Shown here: in pieces, positions 19,022 through 26,700 of the stretch | How positions within the stretch are numbered: position 1 is the stretch's first letter | Layout of the letters: every line of letters begins with the position of its first letter | Source: an uncultured archaeon | GTDB taxonomy: Archaea; Asgardarchaeota; Thorarchaeia; Thorarchaeales; Thorarchaeaceae | Direction: 5' to 3' | DNA: 32,000 nt | Assembly (NCBI GenBank): GCA_964354495.1 | Contig: CAYHAA010000018.1 | Location: 19,285 to 51,284 of the forward strand | The notes under the pieces: generated by a model | Seen by the model: the letters and a program-made list of their open reading frames with translations, nothing else | Database searches by the model: none | What the model was told of the DNA's origin: nothing | Position numbers and translations under genes: made by a program

Positions 19022-19210
19022 TCACTCCAGCGCGACTAATTCGGAGGTCAATTGCTTGCGTTATAACTGTAACGATAGGAATTATGATGTCCTTCCAATC
19101 TGTCAACTGCGAAGAGGGGAAGACAACGCGACTACGGGGACATTTGTGGACAGGGAGCTCCTTGAACAAATCCTTAGCTAAATCAGTAAAGCCGCATGAT
19201 AGCGTCATTC

Positions 19211-19216
19211 TTATAA
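19211..19216 (+). promoter_or_regulatory. Putative TATA box of tRNA-Val
   Basis: TTATAA ends 27 nt upstream of tRNA nucleotide 1, a typical archaeal spacing. Confidence 0.6.
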
Positions 19217-19267
19217 CTACTAAATTCCCGAACGCAGTGTATGGGCCGGTGGTCTAGACCGGTTATG

Positions 19268-19297
19268 ATTGGGTCAGACTTCTTGACCTTCTAACAC
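19268..19297 (+). other. tRNA intron 1, D arm, position 23/24, 30 nt
   Basis: Central helix GTTA (19262-65)/TAAC (19292-95), 3-nt bulges TG|A and AC|A, intron hairpin GGGTCAG/TTGACCT. The intron-side helix is offset by two mismatches (relaxed BHB). Confidence 0.82.
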
Positions 19298-19311
19298 ACG
19301 TCGCCTTCACA

Positions 19312-19375
19312 TGCGAAGTTCAATATCGAGCTTGGATTGAAAAAAAAACCAGACTCGGCTGTGCTTCTCTGGAAG
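19312..19375 (+). other. tRNA intron 2, canonical position 37/38, 64 nt
   Basis: Central helix TTCA (19306-09)/TGGA (19370-73), bulges CA|T and AG|C, intron helix GCGAAGT/GCTTCTC with one mismatch, inner hairpin CGAGCTTGG/CCAGACTCG with an A-rich loop. Confidence 0.9.
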
Positions 19376-19396
19376 CGGCGAAGGCCACGAGTTCGA

Positions 19397-19426
19397 TCAT
19401 TTCGAAACCACTTCGAAATGGAACAA
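19397..19426 (+). other. tRNA intron 3, T loop, position 58/59, 30 nt
   Basis: Central helix GTTC (19391-94)/GAAC (19421-24), bulges GA|T and AA|A, perfect 9-bp intron stem CATTTCGAA/TTCGAAATG with loop ACCAC. Confidence 0.88.
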
Positions 19427-19535
19427 ATCTCGTCCGGCCCACCATCCTGATCATCATTTTCTGCTTTCTTGTTTCCCAAATGCCGATTATTCATGCGGTG
19501 AGGTCTGCCAGACCGGGATCAACAAGTGAAACCTC

Positions 19536-19958
19536 TTAGCTGGATTTTACAGCTTGTTTCATCCGCTCAAGGTCTTCCCAATCCATCGATAATGCATGCA
19601 TCGCCCAGTGGGTTTCACGATGGCATTTCTGGCACAATGAAATCCAATCATCAGGATTCATCACTCGAAGATGCTTTTTCCTTTTCAGTATGTCTCTGCC
19701 ATGCCGTCGTCCATCTTTCCTGTGAACAGTCAGTGTTTTCTCACGATAATGCACGCCACAATGGAAACAGGTTTCGCCAAAGAGAAGGCGTCGCAAATCA
19801 TAATCACCTAACTTTGGATTCTCGATTATCTCAAGGAATTTTGCTGAAGATGGTGCATTGTCATCAGTTTCGTAGAACGGCTTTGCTTGCTCAACATTGC
19901 GATTGGCTTTTGACTTCTTGGGTACCCCGCTCTCTTCGCAGATCTCTTCTTTTGTCAT
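19536..19958 (-). CDS. HNH-like zinc-binding protein (degenerate HNH endonuclease fold)
   Basis: TCFHCG...LTVHRKDG...WISLCQKCHRETH. Start trimmed to the ATG at 19958, preceded by an SD-like GGTGAGAGG. Confidence 0.7.
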   Translation of the reverse strand: MTKEEICEESGVPKKSKANRNVEQAKPFYETDDNAPSSAKFLEIIENPKLGDYDLRRLLFGETCFHCGVHYREKTLTVHRKDGRRHGRDILKRKKHLRVMNPDDWISLCQKCHRETHWAMHALSMDWEDLERMKQAVKSS

Positions 19959-20301
19959 CCTCTCACCTAAGAAACACATGTGCTGAGATGTATCAAGAAT
20001 GTTTGGCAAGTCGTAGAGACCCGACAATAGCGTTGAAAATCGAATATCAGGAGCTGATAATGGTCAATGGAGGCTAATCGCCGGCGAGAATAGGTCAAAC
20101 TCTCAAGAGCGCTTCTAATGTGGGAATTCTGGGGACTTCAAGTATCAAAACTGCAATCTCCTGACATTCTCGCAAGGCGATTACGCTCTTCGAGTGTTCG
20201 TACCCCTGCAGAACATTGGCCAACTCTGTCTGGAAAGCAGCTTCATACTTGCATCTCGAATGTGAGTCGGAATATCCGGAGAAGCATGGATGAACGGGGA
20301 C

Positions 20302-20823
20302 TCACCGGGTCTTGACTATCTCAATGGTCCCTGAGGCACGCAGTAGTCGCACATGTAGACTCTGTCATCCTTAGTCTTTGATACATCTATGTCGGCATCG
20401 CATCTTGGACAGAGAATCAATGAAGTCATGGCCCGCCATATGTTGATTCCTGTGCTCTAAGCTACACCACAAAACAGGCATGGGAGTGCAAGCAGTATGA
20501 AGATTAGCGGAATGCCGATGCCATACGCCCGAGAGCTTGGTTCCATTGCTGCTATGGTGACAAGAGAAAGAATCACAAAATACAGAAACATGCCAATCAG
20601 AAGGCTTGCTCCACTTGCTGCCGCACAATCATCCGAACAGTGGATACCATATCTGTTGACTCGCCAGTTGTCACTCTCGATCGTTCCACACCATTGAGAT
20701 CTGACAATCTTTGTAGAGTCTACTGCGACATATATCAGAAGCGACTCTCTGTTCTCTATCATGTCCCCTCTGACGTCAGCTTGGATTCGAAGGGTTATAT
20801 TCATTCCCCTCTTCATCAGTCAT
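20302..20823 (-). pseudogene. Decayed paralog of the Zn-finger / 2-TM / Zn-ribbon membrane protein at 24764-25393
   Basis: Pieces MTDEEGNEYN | LRIQ...IYVAVDSTKIVRSQWCGTIES...IHCSDDC...TM-TM...CGVA* ...LCPRCDADIDVSKTKDDRVYMCDYC | ASGTIEIVKTR. Frameshifts at about 20793 and 20338, in-frame TAG at 20457-20459. Confidence 0.75.
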
Positions 20824-20899
20824 GCTTCGTATCTCTCGTATCAATGATAGCCTTGGAAGTCCGAACAGGCCCATCAGCTGTGACCGAGCCAGACTTGGT

Positions 20900-20908
20900 A
20901 ATATATAA
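20900..20908 (+). promoter_or_regulatory. Putative TATA box of the GNAT gene (near-leaderless)
   Basis: ATATATAAG about 27 nt upstream of the ATG at 20935. Confidence 0.5.
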
Positions 20909-20934
20909 GAAGCAGTCCCCTCTACTATGATATC

Positions 20935-22209
20935 ATGAAGCCTCAGAACCTCGGTGATGATCTGGTCATGCGGAACGCGACCCACGAGGACATCCCCGCA
21001 CTACTGGAACACTTTGGCACGGTCCATGGCAGACAGATCACTGACGAGATGAAAGCCCTCCTTGAGCAGTATCCCAGACGCTCGTGGGAGGATGTCTTCG
21101 TCATAGTGAAATCCGAATCGGGGGAGGTTGTCTCATGTGTCATGCTCCAGCGAAATGCGTGGACCCTAGGTGGCATCCAGTTTCCCACTGTCGAGATGGA
21201 GGCAGTAGGCACGCTAGAGGCATACCGTCATAGAGGACACATGCGCTTGCTCAATGATGCATATGAGAGACGGGTATCTGAGATTCAGCCTGTCTTCCAG
21301 GCAGTGGCAGGAATCGAGAACTTCTATCGCAACTTCGGGTATGAATATGCTGCTGCCTTGGGAGGCGGTTATCCAGTGACACCGGGATTCATCCCGAAAC
21401 TTACTAAGGGAGAACAGGAGCCAGTCACCTTCGAGAAGGTGGACAGGAAGAGCTTCAAGAAGTTCCTGAGATATCGAGAGGAGAAGGCATCAGGCGTGAT
21501 ACAGAATACGACATGGCAGAGGATGATCCACCCAGAGGACTCAGCCTACCTTCTCTTCGAGCCAACGACTGATGAACAAGAGGCCTTCTTCTATTACCTT
21601 GTAAAGGAGAAGCAAAGAACTGTAGGAGTGTTCTACCTGTCGCGCTGGGAGAACAGGGTCGACGTTGTAGAGCTGTACCTTGACACGTACAACCATGTCG
21701 ATGCAGTCCTGAGGTTCGCTCAGGCAAAGGCACAGGAGTGGGGCGGACTCCCTGTCAGGGTTGTACCTCCAAATCAGGCACAGGTCAGCGAATACGTACA
21801 TGCAAGACCAGCCTATGGCACGAAGAGCATCAATCGCTATGCGTGGTATATCAAGATTACCTCCGTCCCGCGATTCATCGAGACCATGGCACCGCTCCTC
21901 TCTGATCGTCTGAAACAGACCGAGTTTCATGACTTCACCGGCGAACTGAAGATAACAGATTACAAAGAGGGCTGGACCCTCACCTTCAGCAACGGTGCGT
22001 TCATTGGAATCGTCGAGAATGAAGGCAGAGACCCTGGCAAGTACAGCCTCCGTATACCAAGGGGCCCCCTGACAAGGCTACTCATGGGCTACGAAACCTA
22101 TGACTCTCTCGCTGGTCATGAACCAGATGTGGTATGCTCTCCAGTGATGCAACCACTAGTGAGAACACTCTTCCCACAGCTGAACGCCAATGTCGATCCC
22201 TTTTACTAG
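20935..22209 (+). CDS. GNAT-family N-acetyltransferase, Eis-like architecture
   Basis: AcCoA motif A VGTLEAYRHRGHMRLL, NFYRNFGYEYA and C-terminal SCP2-like segment PLTRLLMGY. Confidence 0.8.
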   Translation: MKPQNLGDDLVMRNATHEDIPALLEHFGTVHGRQITDEMKALLEQYPRRSWEDVFVIVKSESGEVVSCVMLQRNAWTLGGIQFPTVEMEAVGTLEAYRHRGHMRLLNDAYERRVSEIQPVFQAVAGIENFYRNFGYEYAAALGGGYPVTPGFIPKLTKGEQEPVTFEKVDRKSFKKFLRYREEKASGVIQNTTWQRMIHPEDSAYLLFEPTTDEQEAFFYYLVKEKQRTVGVFYLSRWENRVDVVELYLDTYNHVDAVLRFAQAKAQEWGGLPVRVVPPNQAQVSEYVHARPAYGTKSINRYAWYIKITSVPRFIETMAPLLSDRLKQTEFHDFTGELKITDYKEGWTLTFSNGAFIGIVENEGRDPGKYSLRIPRGPLTRLLMGYETYDSLAGHEPDVVCSPVMQPLVRTLFPQLNANVDPFY

Positions 22210-22413
22210 CGCCTGAACGATACTCTGCACTGGTGGGGAAATACAGAGAATAGGATATCATCTTCGATGGTTGTGTAAGGCAATCCACCGTGAGCAATCC
22301 ATTGTTAGAGAGAAACTGCAATTGTGTTGGCACGCCTACGAACAAGTAGATTAGGCAGTGGAACACAATGAGTGTCAGGCTCATATGCAGGTCCAAGTCG
22401 AGGAGGAGGACAG

Positions 22414-23247
22414 ATGCTAGCATTCCCGCCAACTTACGCCATTCCTATTTCCTTGGTCTTCATCTGTACTGTGTTGCTCTTTTGCTATGCGCCCGTACGT
22501 GAAAGGCTGCGCCCGCAACGGCTGCTCATTCTTGCACTCGCAGCGACACTCATATGCGTTCCAGTCTATGCCATCAACTATCAGCAGACTCCAGCATACG
22601 ACGTAGGAAGTGTTGTCTTCAGAGATAGAGCCTGGGACTTCACAATCTGGCCAGGGAACACAGAGAGAATCGACGATATATCCAATATTCATGCAGTAGC
22701 CGCCGCATATATCACGATAGTCTGCGACTCGAACGTGACATTCTACCTCATCGATCAAAACAGACCAGAAGCGCATCACCGGGAGGCCAACTACTCAGAA
22801 GTAGAAACTACATTTCGTCTACCCTATCTCTACACAGAGACAGGGGTGCCAGCACAATGGTCAATCTGTCTAACGAACTCCAATCCCACACTCCTACATG
22901 TCCGTATCGAATCAATATGGCTTGAGGACAGCATCGAAATGGCGTGGTGGGGCATAGAGTACAGTCTTTATTTGCCGTTAGTACTCCTCTTTGCAGTCTG
23001 GATGGCACTAGGTCTACCTATGTTGATTCTCTACCGAAGGAGAGCAGAATCACAGGAATTCATGACTGGTCTGGCTCTCACAATTCTAGGCGTCGGTCTT
23101 GGAGTAGTTCTAGCTTCCCTAGTGCCATTCTATCTACTCTCTCCGAGTTCGATTGGGATACTTGTGATTGTTGCGCTCTTTCTCGTTTACGGATGCAATC
23201 GAAAGAAAACAGAAGCGCCTCCTGCGCCAACTCCAGCTGTCGTATAG
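22414..23247 (+). CDS. Multi-pass membrane protein with extramembrane beta-rich domain
   Basis: Two N-terminal and about three C-terminal hydrophobic helices around a ~130-aa soluble domain; strong SD GAGGAGGAGG before the ATG at 22414. Confidence 0.7.
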   Translation: MLAFPPTYAIPISLVFICTVLLFCYAPVRERLRPQRLLILALAATLICVPVYAINYQQTPAYDVGSVVFRDRAWDFTIWPGNTERIDDISNIHAVAAAYITIVCDSNVTFYLIDQNRPEAHHREANYSEVETTFRLPYLYTETGVPAQWSICLTNSNPTLLHVRIESIWLEDSIEMAWWGIEYSLYLPLVLLFAVWMALGLPMLILYRRRAESQEFMTGLALTILGVGLGVVLASLVPFYLLSPSSIGILVIVALFLVYGCNRKKTEAPPAPTPAVV

Positions 23248-23423
23248 ACTCTAAGACTGACATGAGTCTTACCTAGAAGGTACAATAAGAAAGTCATAAG
23301 ATATGTCGATGAATCAGTCCAGATTTCCATCAGTAATTAGTCCCGCATTTTGACCCCAGAGCTGTATCCTATTCAGATAGTAACATAGGACGGCTGGAGT
23401 CCCGAACACTCGGTGCTCAATAG

Positions 23424-24767
23424 ATGACAGGTTTTGAGGAACAATACCGAGCTCGGACTCAGAAATCGTTCAATATGTTCCAAGAGGCTAGCAAATCGCT
23501 CCCTGGTGGAGTTGCTGCTAATGGAAAATTCCTAGAGCCCTATCCCATATACGTGGATAGAGTGAGAGGAGCATACCTTTGGGACATAGACGGTAATCAA
23601 TACACAGACCTCCTGATGGGCGCAGGAGTTCACATACTTGGACACAACCCAAAGATTGTCTTGGACGCAGTCAAGAGGCAGTTGGAGATGGGTGTCCATT
23701 ACTATTTGCCAGCTGAGGCAGAGGTGAAACTGGCAAAGAAAGTATGCCAGCTCATGCCTGCAGTTGAGATGGTCAGGTTCCTGAACACTGGCTCAGAGTC
23801 TACTATGATGGCTCTGCGAACTGCCAGAGCATACCGGAAGAAGGACAGAATTGCGAAATTCGAGGGGAACTTTCACGGACAGCATGATTCAGTACTGGTC
23901 AGTACCATGAGCACCGGTGGGGAACCTACAAATCTCCGTCCAAACATAGATAGTGCAGGTATTGCAAAGGCAGTCGCTCAGGATGTTCTAGTCCTTCCGT
24001 ATAATGACATAGATGGAGCTATTTCTGCAATTCGCAAAGAGGCGAATAGTCTGGGAGCAGTGATTGTTGAACCAGTATCAGCGTTTGGCCTTGGTAGTGT
24101 TCCAGCTGACAAGGAGTTCCTCAAGGCGCTCAGAGAGGTCACGAAGGAGAATGATATTCCCCTCATCTTCGATGAAGTTGTCACCAATTTCCGACTGGCA
24201 CTCGGAGGAGCAGTAGAATTCTTCGGTGTAAAACCAGACCTTGAGTGCCTTGGGAAGATACTAGGAGGAGGTTTCCCCATCGGCGGATTCGGTGGAAGGA
24301 GAGACATCATGGACAAGATGGTCACACCTAAGACGGGACTCTGGGACCTCAAAGAGCAGATCTTTCAATCAGGGTGCTTCTCAGGCAATGCCATATCCAT
24401 GACCGCCGGTCTTGCTGTCTTGGAAGAACTCGAGAAGAAGAAGGTCCATCCTCGTCTGAACTCTCTGACAGAAAAACTGCGAAATGGTCTGTCTGAGATT
24501 GGAAAGCAGTACAAGTATGACATGCTGGTGACCGGAGTCGCATCAATCCTTCAGGTTCACTTCGGCGTAAGAGCCATCAGAAACAAGCGTGATGCAATGA
24601 AAGTGGACAAGGCGATGACCAAGGCATTCCATCTGGGGATGCGAGCAAAGGGAGTCATGGCAAGTGCACATCCGCTCTTTCTCTCTACAGAACACACAGA
24701 GAAGGATGTAGCGCACATTCTAGAAGTCGCTGAAGTAGTTCTGAAGGAAATGAAGAGTCATAACTAA
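23424..24767 (+). CDS. Class III PLP aminotransferase, glutamate-1-semialdehyde aminomutase-like
   Basis: GAYLWDIDGNQYTD, RFLNTGSESTM, KFEGNFHG, VIVEP, LIFDEVVTNFR and Schiff-base lysine in LGKILGGGFPIGG. The substrate is unverified. Confidence 0.85.
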   Translation: MTGFEEQYRARTQKSFNMFQEASKSLPGGVAANGKFLEPYPIYVDRVRGAYLWDIDGNQYTDLLMGAGVHILGHNPKIVLDAVKRQLEMGVHYYLPAEAEVKLAKKVCQLMPAVEMVRFLNTGSESTMMALRTARAYRKKDRIAKFEGNFHGQHDSVLVSTMSTGGEPTNLRPNIDSAGIAKAVAQDVLVLPYNDIDGAISAIRKEANSLGAVIVEPVSAFGLGSVPADKEFLKALREVTKENDIPLIFDEVVTNFRLALGGAVEFFGVKPDLECLGKILGGGFPIGGFGGRRDIMDKMVTPKTGLWDLKEQIFQSGCFSGNAISMTAGLAVLEELEKKKVHPRLNSLTEKLRNGLSEIGKQYKYDMLVTGVASILQVHFGVRAIRNKRDAMKVDKAMTKAFHLGMRAKGVMASAHPLFLSTEHTEKDVAHILEVAEVVLKEMKSHN

Positions 24768-25393
24768 CTCAGGTCAGCTCCAAGAATCTTGATGGTTCCT
24801 GTCGCACCGCATTGGTCACACCTGTATGCCATATCAGGACCCACTTTTTTCAGGTCAATACTTGTATCGCATTGCGGACATGGAGCAGTGGGAGGCAACA
24901 CCTTCAGCAGAGATGTGTTCGAGGGAACTACAGCGTCGCGAGAGTATCTTGGAACTGCTCTCCGATGGCGATATTCTCCTAGTCCCTTGATGAGCAGTGG
25001 CGAAAACAAAACCGTAACAACCAAGAAGATACCAAGGTATGCAACTATAGACGTTATTCCTGCGATGCGTGCCGAACCGGCTATGAAACTTGGAAAAATG
25101 AACACAGCAAGAAGGAAATTGCCGAGTGTTTCATCCACTTTACTAGCTTGAACGCATTCCCGCGAGCAGTATACTCCTGTATGAGTGGTGGTCCATGCTG
25201 GACTCTCTGGAGTGCCACACCAGAAGCATCGCACAATCTGCCAAGCATCAACTTTGATATAGATCTCCGATGACGACTTGCTACTTATCACAGCTGGCGA
25301 GAGAATCGCCCCCTCATGACATCTATATCTCAACTGGTTATATTCGTTCGCTTCCTCGTTTGAAAGGTGTGTTTCATCAAGATGTCGAGTCAA
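24764..25393 (-). CDS. Membrane protein: N-terminal C4 finger (CFWCG...YCSREC), two TM helices, C-terminal zinc ribbon
   Basis: CxxC...CxxxC motif, two hydrophobic stretches and a CPQC...CDQC ribbon; a homologous decayed copy lies at 20302-20823. Confidence 0.75.
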   Translation of the reverse strand: MTRHLDETHLSNEEANEYNQLRYRCHEGAILSPAVISSKSSSEIYIKVDAWQIVRCFWCGTPESPAWTTTHTGVYCSRECVQASKVDETLGNFLLAVFIFPSFIAGSARIAGITSIVAYLGIFLVVTVLFSPLLIKGLGEYRHRRAVPRYSRDAVVPSNTSLLKVLPPTAPCPQCDTSIDLKKVGPDMAYRCDQCGATGTIKILGADLS

Positions 25394-25407
25394 TGATTCA
25401 AGTAGTC

Positions 25408-26384
25408 TTAGACTGTTGAGACCTGAATTATCTCTAGAACGCCAGTCCAGTCTGCAACATATACGAAATCACCGACGACATCCAAGTTGATAGCTTCACC
25501 GCCATCGTAGAAACTGGCAATCAATACTGGGCTCTGTGGAGTGCTCATATCAACGATGAGTAGCCCCAATTCAATGTCTGCCACATAGGCGATGCTGCCT
25601 ACGACATGAACAGCGAAGATTGAGCCATTTGCATCGAACAGCCCAGTCTGGATGATCTCTGATGGGTCACTCACATCTAGAATCCGTAATTCTCCACCCT
25701 CCAGAGATCGTCGTCAGGCATGTAGCTCCCAGCGAATGCTGGGTGCGATGGGTCACTGATATTCAACACTTTGATGCCCGTCTGGGCACTTCTATGGTCC
25801 ACAACAAATGCAAGATCGTCAACGACATGAAGCTGGTGACAGGCTCCTGTGATGGAGTAGCTTGAGAGATATTCCGGATTGCTGGGATCAGACACATTGA
25901 GGATTATCAGACCATTGTTCCAGTCTGCAACGAAAGCAAGGCTGCCGACCACTTGCACATCATACACCTCGCCACTGCCAAGATACTCACCCACCTTGTA
26001 GGGACTTACTGGATTACTGACATTGATGATTTCCAATCCATACTGTGCATCAGCTATGTACGCGCAACTCCCTGCAACATCTACCTTGCGGGGCCATCCT
26101 CCATCACGATACGAGGAGAGCTCAGTAGGATTCGATGGGTCGCTGATATTGATGAGTACAAGTCCCCCTGGAGTGTGCTCATTCTGGTCTATGACATAGG
26201 CAATGTCCCCAACCAGTTTCACATCCACTGCCATCTCTCCAATATCGAACTGGCCAATCTTTGTCAGAAGTAGTGTTGGCTCGGGGGTCTGATTGTTCTG
26301 GAGGATAACCAAAGAGATTGCCACGCCAACTGCCAACATGACTGCGATTGTGAATGCAATGACGCGGACTCGCCCACTTTCCAT
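25408..26384 (-). pseudogene. Membrane-anchored LVIVD-repeat beta-propeller, interrupted by a deletion/frameshift near 25701
   Basis: N-terminal TM and about 7 repeats of V.V.G..AYVAD...GL.I+NVSDP..P. Repeat 5 lacks its middle strand and switches frame (DDDLW | EGGELRILDVSDP). Confidence 0.75.
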
Positions 26385-26700
26385 GTTCCATCCTCCTCTA
26401 TTCTCTTCATTCCCCAACCACGAATACTGCAACCAAACTGACAGACATTGATAGGGGAAGCTAGTAATCACATCTGGTTGGTCACTATTTAAGAGGAAAC
26501 ATCAAAGCAACATGTTTTCAACTTTAGAGTGCTGATTCCTTGGTTGCCACATGAATTTGAAAGGAGAAGAATAGAATGTGTGTTGTCAGATTCCAGGTTC
26601 CAGACCATGAATTTCATCCTCAAGCAATATATTGCAGTACTAGTATATGTCAGCAGCCTGCACAATACAAGATACTGCAGCAGAGATAGTGGTGTCAGAC

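Larger units (their letters stand above)
19243..19444 (+). tRNA. trnV: tRNA-Val(CAC) with three introns and encoded CCA
   Basis: Exons 19243-19267, 19298-19311, 19376-19396 and 19427-19444 join to a 78-nt cloverleaf: acceptor GGGCCGG/CCGGCCC, D stem GTCT/TGAC, anticodon stem TCGCC/GGCGA with loop TT-CAC-AC, T stem ACGAG/CTCGT with loop TTCGAAT, A73-CCA. Confidence 0.93.

Noticed and set aside
18997-19200. GC-rich GGTGGGCCGGGGGAGG start resembling an archaeal SRP RNA 5' end, or RNase P RNA
   Set aside because: No UGUNR Alu motif, no helix-8 GGAA/AGCAG motif and no GAGGAAAGUCC; better explained as the reverse complement of a tRNA-like 3' end.
19312-19375. Possible C/D-box guide RNA or nested intron inside the 64-nt canonical intron
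   Set aside because: No RUGAUGA or CUGA boxes, and the internal loop does not form a 3-4-3 BHB.
20457-20459. In-frame TAG followed by an in-frame zinc ribbon, suggesting pyrrolysine or stop readthrough
   Set aside because: The same gene also has two frameshifts and a lost Cys, so pseudogenisation is the simpler explanation.
25677-25720. Programmed -1 frameshift in the LVIVD gene
   Set aside because: No X XXY YYZ slippery heptamer, and a whole beta strand is missing, which indicates a deletion.
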